Below are positions 53,701 through 64,000 of a stretch of DNA of 64,000 nt, piece by piece. The notes under the pieces were generated by a model, which worked only from the letters and a program-made list of their open reading frames with translations, was not told the origin of the DNA and did no database searches. The stretch is from Blastocladiella emersonii ATCC 22665 (Eukaryota; Fungi; Blastocladiomycota): assembly GCA_025594325.1 (NCBI GenBank), contig JANHCV010000006.1, positions 806,001-870,000 of the forward strand. Reading direction: 5' to 3'. The translations under genes and the position numbers were made by a program. Position 1 is the stretch's first letter; each line of letters starts with the position of its first letter.

Positions 53701-54745
53701 CTACTCGAGAATGTCAATGTACGCCGAACCGATCGACTCGGTCCCGCGCTGCTTGTTGCGGTGCACGATCACGGACACGTCCGTGTCGTCGAGGACGCAC
53801 GCCACCGAGTCCTGGCCCGACAGGAACACGAGCGTGTACAGCATCAGCTCAAACTCGGGCGACACGCCGAGCAGCACCGTCGAGATGGGCTTCAGCTTGC
53901 CCTTGTACGTGAACTGCAGCTTGAGCAGATGCGTGTCGTTCGACGGCTACATCGCGCGCGGACGTCAGTGATGAACGGGAGCGACGCGACATCCGCAGAA
54001 AGATGCGTACCTGGCACGCGTGACGGCGGCGCGGGAAAATGTATCCACGGTAATCGAGCACCTTTTTGCGCTCAGCGAGGAAGATGGTGACCCAGTTGTG
54101 GAACCCGATCACCTGCCCGTTGCGGATCTCGCCGACGAAAACGTGCTCGAACGCCGACGAGTCGTCTACACACAGTTGCGAGTACGGTGAGCACGAGCGT
54201 CGCCTCGCACGACCACCCTCCCACACGCAACACGTACTCATGGACTCGCGGCGATACAGCGTGAACCAGAGCTTGCGCAGGTACAGGACCCACTCGGCCG
54301 TCGACCCGCGCCACCAGCCCTTGGCGTTGACGTAGCTGAACACGGCCTTGGCAATGTCGGTCGCGACCACGGCCTGGATGAACTTCATCTCCTCGAGCTT
54401 CTCCTCGGCCGTGACCTGCTCGGCAATGCCCGTCTCGTCGACGTAGTTGTCGAGCAGCGCGTAGAAGTTGGCAAACGTCGGGACCCGCATAAACTTGTTC
54501 TTGTCGACCGACTCGAACAGCGGCTTGGCCGCCGCGTCGTGCCGCTGGTGCATCGACTTGCCGTCCTGGATGTCAATCACAAAGTCGCGCATCGCCGCGA
54601 ACCGGTTCACGTCCGCGTGCCACAGGTCGCTGATGAAGTCGCTCAGCGACTTGTTCTTGTTGTTGTTGCCGCCGTGGGCCTGCCCGTGCATGAGGCCCTG
54701 CGCGAGGCCCTGCGCGTGGTGGAGGAGGTTGCTGTGGGCGACCAT
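53701..54745 (-). CDS. ENDOU: Poly(U)-specific endoribonuclease EndoU/XendoU family; introns 54166-54237 and 53947-54010
   Basis: LLDNY, LWFTLYRR, DSSAFEHVFVGE, GFHNW, KPIST, GVSPEFELMLYTLVF. Confidence 0.93.
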
Positions 54746-55054
54746 GGTGCGATGAGGTGTTCTAGGCTGCGTCGTTGCGCAAGCTCTGCTTCATAAAGTG
54801 GGGGTTGGGTTGGGGAGAAGAGGCGAAGCGCGGGTCGCGTCGTGGCTTTTGAGGCTCGAAGCTTCCACCGACCGTTCGAGCGCTCGTTTCGGCCTCGCTC
54901 GCCGCTCCCTGAGGTCGGAGAAAAGTGTGGCCAAAAGGTTCGTGATGTTATTCTTGAAGCTTCCTATTCCTACGTTTCGAGAGTACAAAAGTGGTCTTGT
55001 TCCTGGCAATGCTCGACTTCGACGTCCACGACGCGCAACCCGACCCGCCCGCGC

Positions 55055-56231
55055 TCAGAAAGTCTCCATGTCCTCCTCGCCTGGCGGCAGCATCTGGTCG
55101 CCGAGGTACTCGCCGTCCATCATGTCGCCGGGCAGGGCGTCCTCGGGGACCTCGAACCCGTCGTCGGTCGCGTACAGGATCTGCTGGGTGAGCGTGATCA
55201 GGTCCGACTGCACGCCGCGCGCCGCCTCCTGCTGGATCAGGATCTCGATGTCGCGCAGCTTGCCAAAGTAAAAGTCGCGCTCCTTCTCGAGCGCCGCGAG
55301 CGACGCCACCTGCTCCTCGTTGACCTGCGTCAGCTCCGCGACCTGCCGCTGCAGCGCCTGCATCGCGGCGGCGCTCGCGCCACTACCGGCCGAGTGGCCG
55401 TGCGACGAGCCCGGCCGCGACAGCGCGGACCCGGACCGCGCCGTCGGCGGGTGGTGCGCGGCGGAGCGCGTGTTGCCGTTCGGGTGCAGGCTGTTCGCGC
55501 TGCCGCCGCCCATGGACGCCTTGGACCGCGCGGCACCGCCGGGACCGGCCTTGCGGCGCGCGGCCGCGTCGTAATACCCGCCCGGGTAGTACATGTCGTG
55601 GAACCGTTTGGCCCACTGCGTGAACTCGATGTTGTCCTGGAACTTGCACTTGATCAGGCGCTCGACTGGAGGGTCGCTTTGGCGTTAGTGGGGGGGTTTG
55701 GGGGCGTAGACGCAAGCGAGCATACCGGGAATGGCCTTGTCGATCTTGTGCTGCTCGAACGCGAGCTGCAGCACCTTGTAGTTTTGCACGTACTCGTACT
55801 CGTGGCGCGCGTCGTACTTGACCTTGTGCATCTGCAGGTCGCCTAGCGCAGGGATCCCTGGGTCAGTCGCTGGACGAAGATGGTCAAATGGTCAAATGGT
55901 CAACAGCGAGCTCGCGTACCCCAGATCGAGTCAAACACCTGGCAGTAGCTGTACGAGGTCGCGGTGAGCGTTAGATCTCGAGGATGGGCTCGACGAGCGG
56001 TTCGAAGCGTACGCGGCACCTACACGGGCGCGGTTCGGGTCAGCGACTGATACATAGGCCACAGTCACGGCAATCCTATCGCACCAGTGCCAAGCTGCTC
56101 GATCTTGGTGTAGTTGAGGCCGAGGAGCGCATTCACCCACGCCAGAAGCTCAACGCGAGACTCGCCCTAGCGACCGATCGCGGGTCAGATCGCGCTCTAC
56201 TCGCGAACCCAAGGCTCTACCACCGCACCAT
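55055..56231 (-). CDS. BIM1: Microtubule plus-end protein EB1/Bim1; 6 exons (56231-56229, 56166-56085, 56019-56013, 55948-55920, 55842-55726, 55665-55055)
   Basis: CH domain ESRVELLAWVN...KIEQLGTGAAYCQVFDSI...EYEYVQNYKVLQ...KFQDNIEF, EBH domain LEKERDFYFGKLRDIEIL...ILYATDDGF, and acidic tail ending ETF. Confidence 0.95.
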
Positions 56232-56831
56232 GGTTGCAAGAAAGGAAGACCGGCTCGACGGGAAAAGTGACAAGTCGATGGACTACACGCGGCCGGCGGC
56301 ACCATTCAGCCCAGCCATTCATCAATCGATTCACGGTGCGTTGCGGCAGCTTACATGAGTAGCCCTCGCTGACGAGTGTGTGCTATGGTCAAGGTTGGAG
56401 AGGGGAGGCTCGGCGCGGAGACTTTGGGTGCCGCCAACGCCGAGGAGGCTTTGATCGGCGCGCGCGGGCAACGTGGGCCCACCTGAGTGTCTCGCGTCTC
56501 CCAAACCAGACGCGTCGCGACACGACAAAAATGTCTCCACCCGGGCCCTCCTTTGCCGGAGGAGGCCACACGGAGGCGGCGTCACACACACGCGCCCGCC
56601 CGCACGCACGCGGACAGACCTAATATGCGCTCTCATTGCAACCCACGCGCGCGCCCAATGAACCGCTCATGGATTGCGTCCCATCGCACTTGATACAGTG
56701 ACGCCAGCGACGATCGCATCTCGCGACTTCTCCATCCCAAACGCATACACGCACACGCGGTGGTCAACACCCTGATCACCCACGCCGACTCAACTCGGAC
56801 CTCGACCATCGACACTCGACCACATCCGGCC

Positions 56832-58805
56832 ATGATGGCCGCCGCCAACGACAAGGGCGGCGGCGGCGGGGGAGGCGGACCGGCCAACCCCGCCGCTACC
56901 GCGGGCGAGCCCGCGCAACGGCCGCCCGTCAAGGAGACCGGGCTCACGCCGTCGCAGCTCCCGCAACCGCAACAGCAGCTCCCGCCCGTGCAACGGAAGC
57001 AGACGGCGCCGCGCGCGCAGCCACCGCGCTCCTCGGCTCCGGCCAACGGCAGCGGGACCCCGACGCTTCCGCCCGTCGGACCTGGCGGCAACGGCGCCGC
57101 GCTGACGGCGACCAAGCAGCAGTACTTTGCGCGCCGCATCTGGGTGTACCGGAACGGCGACCCGCACTTTTCGGGCAAGCGGGTCCTGGTCAACTCGAAG
57201 CGGTACCGCAACTTCGAGCAGTTTCTCGGGTCGCTGACGAGCGACGTCGGCCTGCGCACGGGCGCCGTGCGCAAGATCTTCACCACCAAGGGCGTCCGCG
57301 TCGACTCCATCACCAACCTCACCGAGGGATCGCACTACGTCGCCGTCGGCAACGAGCCGTTCCGCCTCATCGCATACCCGGAGCACGTCGATCCGGCCAC
57401 GGCGACGGCGGCGGCACCGCGTGGCCGCGCTGATGCGCGTGACGGAGGTGAAGAGGACCCGGGCGCGCACCAGCGCGTCGCCGTCAGCCGCCGCCGGTCC
57501 ATGACGGGATCACGCGCGCGGTCGTCCGGGCCGCCCGGGACCGAGACCAAGCCCGGCACGCCCGAGTCAGAGAAGCCCATCTTCCATCCCGACGTACGTG
57601 TGGCACGAAAGTTCGTGCATGGTCACCCGCTAACGCTGTCCGCCCGCGACTGTGTAGAGCAAGGGATACCGCGTCGCCGTGTTCCGCAACGGCGACCTCA
57701 TCACGCCGCCGCTCCGCATCGTGCTCGGGTACCGCAACTGTCTGATGTTCGACCAGGTACGGTTTTTTTTGTCGAAAGGGTGATGGACCCATCACCAACG
57801 ATCGCGGCACTGTAGCTCATGAACGAAATGACGAGCGCGGTGCGGCCCAAGGAAGGCCGGGTCCGCCGCCTGTTCGACGCCGAGTCATACCGGCCGATCC
57901 GTTCGCTGCACGACCTACACGACGGGCAGAACCTGATCGCGAGCGGGACCAACGCGCCGGCGCAGCAGCTGGCGTACGCGCGCATCGACTTCTCGCAGCC
58001 GACGGACATCCGACGAGCGACGCAGATGGCGCAGGACCGCGGCAAGGTGATCACCGTGTATCCGAACGGCGACCCGATGCACACGGGCGTCAAACTGACG
58101 GTCACGTCGTACCGGTTCCGCGACATGGACCGCCTGCTCGCGTACCTCGCGGGCGAGATCCCCATGTACACGGGCAAGGCCACGCACCTGTGCCAGCTCG
58201 ACGGGACGCGTGTCCCGGACCTCGCCTCGCTCGTTGGCAACGGCAGCTACGTCATGGTCGCCGGAACCGACCCGTTCCGCCACGTCCTCTACAACGCCGA
58301 CGGGTACAAGCGGCCGTCGGCGCCCGTCGCGACTACCCAGCAGTCCATGTCCCGCGCCAACGAGGTCCTCGAGCGGTCCAAGAAGCTTCTCGAGGAGAAG
58401 ATGCAGCAGCAGAAGCCGCCCGCTGCCGCCGGCGCACCGCCGGCCGCCGCGACGGACACGGCCAACGACCCGAACGCGCGGCGCAAGCCCAACGCGCGCC
58501 CGACCGCGTCGCTGACGATCGGCAACATCACGGTGACCGCGTCGGGCGACGGCGCCGGCGGGGTGAACGCCAAGATCGCCATCGAGGACGGGTCGCACCC
58601 GCCGCCGCCGCCCGGCGCGCTGTCGCCGATCCCCGAGGCGGCCGGAATCGCGCGTGCGGCGTCTCCGGCACCACAAGCGTTTGAAACGGCGGCAGGCGGC
58701 AAGGACCTGTCGCTCAAGCGGAAACCGGAGAGCGCCAGTGAGCAGGGTGCGCCGCCGCCGGCCGACCCGTTGCGGTGCCCCGAGTCCCGGCAGACGGCAG
58801 TATGA
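56832..58805 (+). CDS. Doublecortin-domain protein with three DCX domains; introns 57594-57657 and 57757-57815
   Basis: DCX1 RIWVYRNGDPHFSG...AVRKIFT...YVAVGNEPF; DCX2 VAVFRNGD...VRRLFD...LIASG; DCX3 ITVYPNGDPMHTG...YVMVAGTDPF. Confidence 0.88.
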
Positions 58806-59055
58806 TGATGGAGCTATTGGTGGTGGTGGTGGTGTCGCGTTTGCTGTTGTTTAGTGATGTCGAGGAGGAGCGAGTGCGCTCGTAAATTCTGTACAGTTTC
58901 TTCGACCAGTACCGGTTCGTGTGTGGCCGAGCTAGGTACCGCGGCCATGGCCATGGCCATGGTCATCATTAAGTGCCTGCTGCAACTGTGGTCTTGTTAA
59001 AAACAGCGTTTATTACGTATGACTAGGTCGATCCAGTGTCGCACCATTGTCCGAC

Positions 59056-60044
59056 TTACAAAGTTGCGAGCCTGAGCTTCGTATCAAGGCGCACCACGGC
59101 GTCACGGAACGCGAGCTTGAACGTGGCCGCGATCTCGTACATGGCCAACTTGAGATCAGCGATGTCCACAAAGTCGGACTCGTCGTCATCAACATCATCC
59201 TTGGCATCACTGACGGCGGATAGCTCATCTGCCAGGACGGCAAACTCGAAGCTGAGCGACGGCGAATAGTACGCGAGCACGCCGCGCGCGTGAAGCTGCA
59301 CGAACCCGTCCTACGTGTGCGAGAACTCCTCGATTGAGTCCTCGTCGTATACCTCGTCGCGCATTCAGTTGAGACACTCGACTTGCGTGTACTGGGCGGC
59401 CTTGGCAAAGTCGTCGGCCGAAACGCCGTCGAGATTGTCCGTGACCGCGTGCTCGCGGAGGTGAGCGAGCTTGATGAACTCGGGCGCGATGGCCATGAAC
59501 ACGTCGCCATACGTGTCGTGATCGGACATCGTTCGAAGGCGCAAGTTGGTCCCGCGACAGAGCATGGCGATCTTGCGAAGATTACACACGGCGATCAAAG
59601 TTAGAACACGCCATCCACGCTGAAATGGTGGGATATGGCGCACGTACAGATCGTTCTCGATCTTGCGCAGGTGCACCGACGTGATCAGCGCATACGAGAT
59701 GGGCGAGAGGTCGAACGTGAAAGGTCGTTGAGCACGCCAACAGCCACGACGCCCGTCTCCTCGCACAAGATCGCGTGGAGATGCTCGCGGAACCCGGCCA
59801 TCATGTAGTTGTGGACGTCTAAGTTCTTGTCGGCGGCAAAGTCCTTACACGCGGACTCGGCCTTATCCAGGAGCGCGTCGATGAACTCATCAACGGGGAC
59901 GGTTACGCCCCACTCGCGCTCCTCGGTCCACAAAACACGGAGGTGGTTGAAGAGCTCGGCACCCGCGGACTGGGCTCCCGTCTGATCTTTGAGCTCGTCA
60001 AGAGTGACGGTGGACAAGGCCGAGGCGATGTCGGCTTCGGCCAT
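59056..60044 (-). pseudogene. Disrupted paralog of the 60355-61280 gene (unknown family)
   Basis: Aligns with its neighbour (LWTEEREWG, GFREHLHAIL, IAPEF, YTQVECL, YEIAATFKLAF). It has a frameshift near 59750, an intron acceptor AG mutated to AA (~59580), TGG>TGA at 59365 and a further in-frame TAG. Confidence 0.75.
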
Positions 60045-60354
60045 GGTGATGCCGGGTGTGATGCTGGAGGTGTGTAAGGCTTAGGCTCGCATCGCGGGTC
60101 GCGGATCTCGCGAAAAGTAACGCCGTTCCACAGCCGGGGCGGATCTGGACACCACATCGTGGTGAGCGGGCGGCAAGTGGTGGTCACGCTGTGGCGCTGC
60201 GCGAACCAGCTTCATCGGCTGAACTGTGGCGAGAGGATGTCGCGTGCGGGCACTTAGCTCAGGGATGCGAGTACGAGAAAGTAAGTCAATCGTCGTATAT
60301 TCCTGGAAACTGAGCCGACGCGCAACCGCTAGTCCACGCGATCCTCAACGCGAC

Positions 60355-61280
60355 CTAGATCGTGGCCATCTTGAGCGCCGAGTCGAGGCGCACGACCGCA
60401 TCGGGGAACGCGAGCTTGAACGTGGCAGCGATCTCGTACACGGCCAGTTTAAAGGCGCTCAGGTCCGACTCGCCCGCGTCGCTGGCCGACATTGCGGTCA
60501 GCCCGCCAATCGCCTTGACGAGCTGGGCAAACTCGGACTTGGCCTACGGCGACATGACCTCGAGAGGTCCGCGTGCATGCATTTCGACGAACGCGTCGTG
60601 CGCGTGCGAAAACTGCTCGAGCGAGTCATTGCCGTACACCTCGTCGCGCATCCAGTCGAGGCACTCGACCTGCGTGTACTCGGCGGCCATCGCAAAGTCC
60701 TTGGCCGCGACGCCGTCGAGGTTGTCGCTGATGGCGTGCTCACAAAGGCAGGCAAGCTTGGTGAACTCGGGCGCAATGGCCTCAAACAGCGGGGCGTGTT
60801 CGGTGTCGTCAGAGACGTCGCGGAGGCGGGCGCTGGTGTCGCGGCAGAGCGTGGCGATCTCACCAAGACTACATAGCCACGAGCGATGATCAGTATCCGT
60901 CCTGCCTACCACTACGGCGGGAATCTGGTCACATACAGCTTGTTATCCTTCTCGCGCAGGTGCACGGTTGTGAGCAGCGCGAACGAGATGGGCGAGAAGT
61001 CGAACGCAAAGACCTCGTTGGCCGCGTCGACGGTCACGACACCGTCGCCCAGGATCGCGTGCAGGTGCTCGCGGAACCCGTCCATCATGTGGTCGTGGAC
61101 GTCAAAGCCCTTGTCGGCGGCAAACGCAGCGTACGCGTTCTCGGCCCTGTTGATGACCGCGTCAACGAACGTGCCAACGGGGACCGTGTGGCCCCACTTG
61201 CGCTCCTCGGTCCACAGCACGCTGATCTGGTGGTTGTGGATGTCGTTGGCGGACGGACGAGATTCGGTGTCGTTGGTCAT
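60355..61280 (-). pseudogene. Unknown-family gene with one in-frame TAG (60544-60546); intron 60869-60936
   Basis: GTATGT...CTGAT...TAG intron; the frame continues after the TAG to ...FKLAFPDAVVRLDSALKMATI*, matching the paralog, which has TCG at the aligned codon. Confidence 0.65.
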
Positions 61281-61787
61281 GGTGGTGATACTGGGCGCAA
61301 GATGTGGGTCGCGAGGAGAGCACGCCGTAGGGGCGGGGGCGCCCGCATTTGTATCAACGGCGGGGCACGCACGCACGCACACATCAACTTTGTTTCGGCA
61401 AGCCCGTGGAAGAAGAGATCCTAAATAGTGATCCCGACCGTCGGGTGCTCCCCGCGTGGCCACGAGTCGAGTCGCGAGTGTCGCGGTTCCGACCTCGGCC
61501 CCTCATTTGGTCGTGTTCGACTTGCAGGGTCTCTCGTCACAAGGTGCAGCAAGTGATCAGTTCCGCTTCCATGTTTCTACTTCGTCGGTGAGAGGAGAAA
61601 ACGTTTGAGGTGCCCTCGAAGGAGCTCGGCGGCAGCGAGCAGTTCGGCGCAGTCACGCGGTGGCGCACCGCGACTTCTCTTCACTGGTCCGCCCGCGTCA
61701 TGCGTCTATAGTCACCTCAAGTCGACCAGGCGGCGCCAGCGGTCGGGATAGGGTTGGAGTAAACCAAAAGGCGTGTATAAGTCTCTC

Positions 61788-63646
61788 CTAACTCGTCACG
61801 GACGTCCTCGACTGCAGCGCGCTCGAATCGAAGCTGAGGAAGCTGCCGAGCTCATCGACCATCTCGTCCAGCGTCGCCGTGTGCCACGTCGACCACGGCG
61901 CCGTTACTGTGGTGCGCGTGGCCGACGTGGGCGCCGAAATGCCCGTGAACATGGACTCGGACCCCGTCGAGAGCATCGGGAGCAGCTGCGACGTTGCGTT
62001 CGAGTCCTCGGTGCTGCTGCTGTGTTCGGCGGCGCCGAGGGGAGGGCTGGGTGGCGCGACGGCAAGCGGGTCTGGGAGAAGCGCAGATCGAGCTGGCGAT
62101 GGACGCGATGGAACGACTGATGGTGCGGACTTCTGGCGGTGCGGGACAGGTGGGACGGGCACAGGTTGCGCTGGCGGTGAAGGCCGTGAAATCGACGCGG
62201 TGGCCTTGTCAGCGACCACGGCGGGCGCCGACTTGGTCCGCGTGGTCGGCGGCTGCTTGTGCTGCGGCACAGTGGAACTTTCTGTCCTCGGCTCGGGCAC
62301 GGGCGCCTGTGCTGTAGTCGCCGCCGCGGCCGCTGGACGACGCGCCGTTGCTGCGAGTACAGGCGTCGTCGCTGCCCGACGTGCAACCGGCCGCGACGCG
62401 GCAGCGGACGCAGGCTTGTCCACCTCGGTCGCGACCTTCTTGACGCCCTTCTTGACCGGCAAGCGCGTCCTTGCTGCCTTCTCCGGATCCACCAGCTTCT
62501 CGACCTCGGGGAACGCCTCCACGAACGCGCGCTCGAGCTGCGACTCGGGTGGGACCTGGACGCGCGTTGCTGCGCGGTCGACGATATAGTCGGCGAACGC
62601 GACTTTGCGCCGGTCCCAGTCGCGCGCGCGGGCCGTCGCGAGGGCGCGGTGCACCTCCTCCTGGTCGCGCGCCGCGCGCGTCTTCCGCAGGGCCTCGATC
62701 CCACGGGTCTGTGCGCGGTCCGCGAGCTCGGCGGTGCGGCGCGCACGTTCTGCGGCAGCGGCCACGAGTTCCGCCTCGGACGCTACTGCCTCGGTCGCAG
62801 CAGCGGGAGCCGCGTCGGCGGCGGGCCGTTCGACGGCGTGCGGGATCCCCGTGCGCAGCAGCGTCGAGTGGAACCGCGTCGACTGGTAGTCGACAACGGG
62901 CGTGCGTTTCTCGGTCCCGGCGGCCGATCGAGGCCGCGACCGCGGGACCTCGACGGCCGCGAGCGTCGGTTTCGGGACATGCGTCCGCGCGCGCGTCACG
63001 GACCGCGTGTTAGCCGTCTCGAGCGCCTCGCGGCGGACCGACGCGCGCAGCGCCGCGACGGCCGCGGGCACCTGCCGCTGCTCGTGCTCGACGGCGAGCG
63101 CGTGCCGCGCGCGTTCGGTTTCGGCGAGCTGCATGCGAGATTGCCGGTTCACCTTGGACGTGACGGCGCGCTCGCGCTGCGCAGTGGCACCGGCGGCGGA
63201 CCGGTGCGCGGCGCCGAGCTCGGTGGCGGGCGAGGCGGAGGCCGGGTCGAGCAGGTGCGACTCGACGTGTACGCCGTTGCGCGCCCGCGGCTTCTTGCGC
63301 GACTTGGCGACCGCGGCTTCCTATACCACGCGCGGGGTGAGAATCGGGGTGGGACCATGGCGATGGGGAGGGGAGGGCCCCGTACCGCGATCTCACGCAG
63401 GAGCGCCGGCTCGGCCTTTTCGCGCACTTCCTTGTAGCACTCTCGTCGTTCCCGCGCGAGCTCGCGTTCACGTTCTCTCACCTACTCACTCTTCGTGTGT
63501 GAGGACTCGGAAGGTGTGTGATGGTTCCCAGCGATGGACGGCGATCGGACCTGCGCCAACGTCGCGAGCCGGCCCTCACGCTCCCTCTCCCTGCGCAACC
63601 GCGCAATTTCATTCGGGCTGAGCAAGTAGTGCGACGGCGAGTTCAT
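61788..63646 (-). CDS. Coiled-coil protein with CEP295/Ana1-like N-terminus; introns 63482-63550 and 63321-63385
   Basis: Spliced N-terminus MNSPSHYLLSPNEIARLRREREREGRLATLAQVRERERELARERR resembles, from recall, human CEP295 LRLSPNEEAFILKEDYERRRKLRLLQVREQERDIALQIR. A later ERARRTAELADRAQTRGIEALRK segment also fits. Confidence 0.6.
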
Positions 63647-63735
63647 TGCAAGGAGTGGGGTGCATGGAAACGGCGCTGCATGTATGAAGTGTGTGTGAGA
63701 GACGCGTCGGCGCGGCGCGGCGCGGCGCGTCCGTC

Positions 63736-64000
63736 TCACCGCGGCGCCTCCCCGCTTCCGCTGCCGTTCGTGTTGGGCGGCGACATGCTCCGCAGCGGCG
63801 GCGACCCTTCACGACGGGCGTTCGCGACGCCGAGCGGGATCCCGACCGTGGGCGGGAGCCCGACGGCTCCGGGTGGGATGGCCGAGGTGCGGGGCCCGGT
63901 CCCGCGGCGCCGCGGGCCAAAGAAGTCGTCGAACATCTCCTTGCGGCGGCGGCGCTGGATCTCGCGCTCAAGCTCGCGTTCCGACATGGGGCCCTCGGGC
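63736..64000 (-). CDS. C-terminal end of a hypothetical protein (5'-partial, extends beyond window)
   Basis: Open frame ...PEGPMSERELEREIQRRRRKEMFDDFFG...GEAPR* from the window edge. Confidence 0.55.
   Translation of the reverse strand, partial: PEGPMSERELEREIQRRRRKEMFDDFFGPRRRGTGPRTSAIPPGAVGLPPTVGIPLGVANARREGSPPLRSMSPPNTNGSGSGEAPR

Noticed and set aside
59013-61280. Possible TAG reassignment (non-standard genetic code) suggested by in-frame TAGs
   Set aside because: Several clear genes here end in TAG (EndoU, array genes 9 and 12). The internal TAGs align to different residues and co-occur with other lesions.
124-63987. Hundreds of long overlapping or antisense ORFs in the track (e.g. 4791-7307 minus, 15082-16953 plus, 36521-39301 plus)
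   Set aside because: They shadow real GC3-rich genes, are Arg/Ala/Gly-rich, and show no recognisable motifs; this is expected from stop-codon scarcity in high-GC DNA.

Overview
This is eukaryotic, GC-rich genomic DNA with many short (about 56-73 bp) GT-AG introns. The gene set (CYRI/FAM49, a triple-doublecortin protein, a CEP295-like protein, EB1, a POF1-like nucleotidyltransferase) suggests a flagellated, zoosporic fungus; this is inference. Conserved genes are SF3B1, a low-MW PTP, a mitochondrial seryl-tRNA synthetase, a two-HMG-box polyQ protein, a DHHC palmitoyltransferase, CYRI, EndoU, EB1 and a DCX protein. They are interleaved with accessory material. (i) A ~18 kb co-oriented tandem array (7.9-25.7 kb) of 11 related surface-protein genes: signal peptide, 12-Cys ectodomain with a shared phase-1 intron, S/T stalk, one TM helix and mostly PY-motif tails. 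It includes ectodomain-less, tail-less/GPI-like and disrupted copies and is interrupted by an intronless oleate hydratase. (ii) A tandem pair of SpoIIIAA/ycf45-like P-loop ATPases with divergent, possibly LOTUS-like N-termini, next to an F-box-like gene. (iii) Three inverted-repeat DNA elements: a Mutator derivative with a 9-bp TSD, a 170-bp-TIR element with a 7-bp TSD, and a decayed 25-bp-IR element. (iv) A pair of disrupted paralogs at 59-61 kb. A bipartite motif, ACGCGT-N6-ATCATGTGACCG, occurs at both Mutator TIR inner ends and upstream of two array genes. No rRNA, tRNA or CRISPR array was recognised. All gene models and family calls were made by eye, without database searches.
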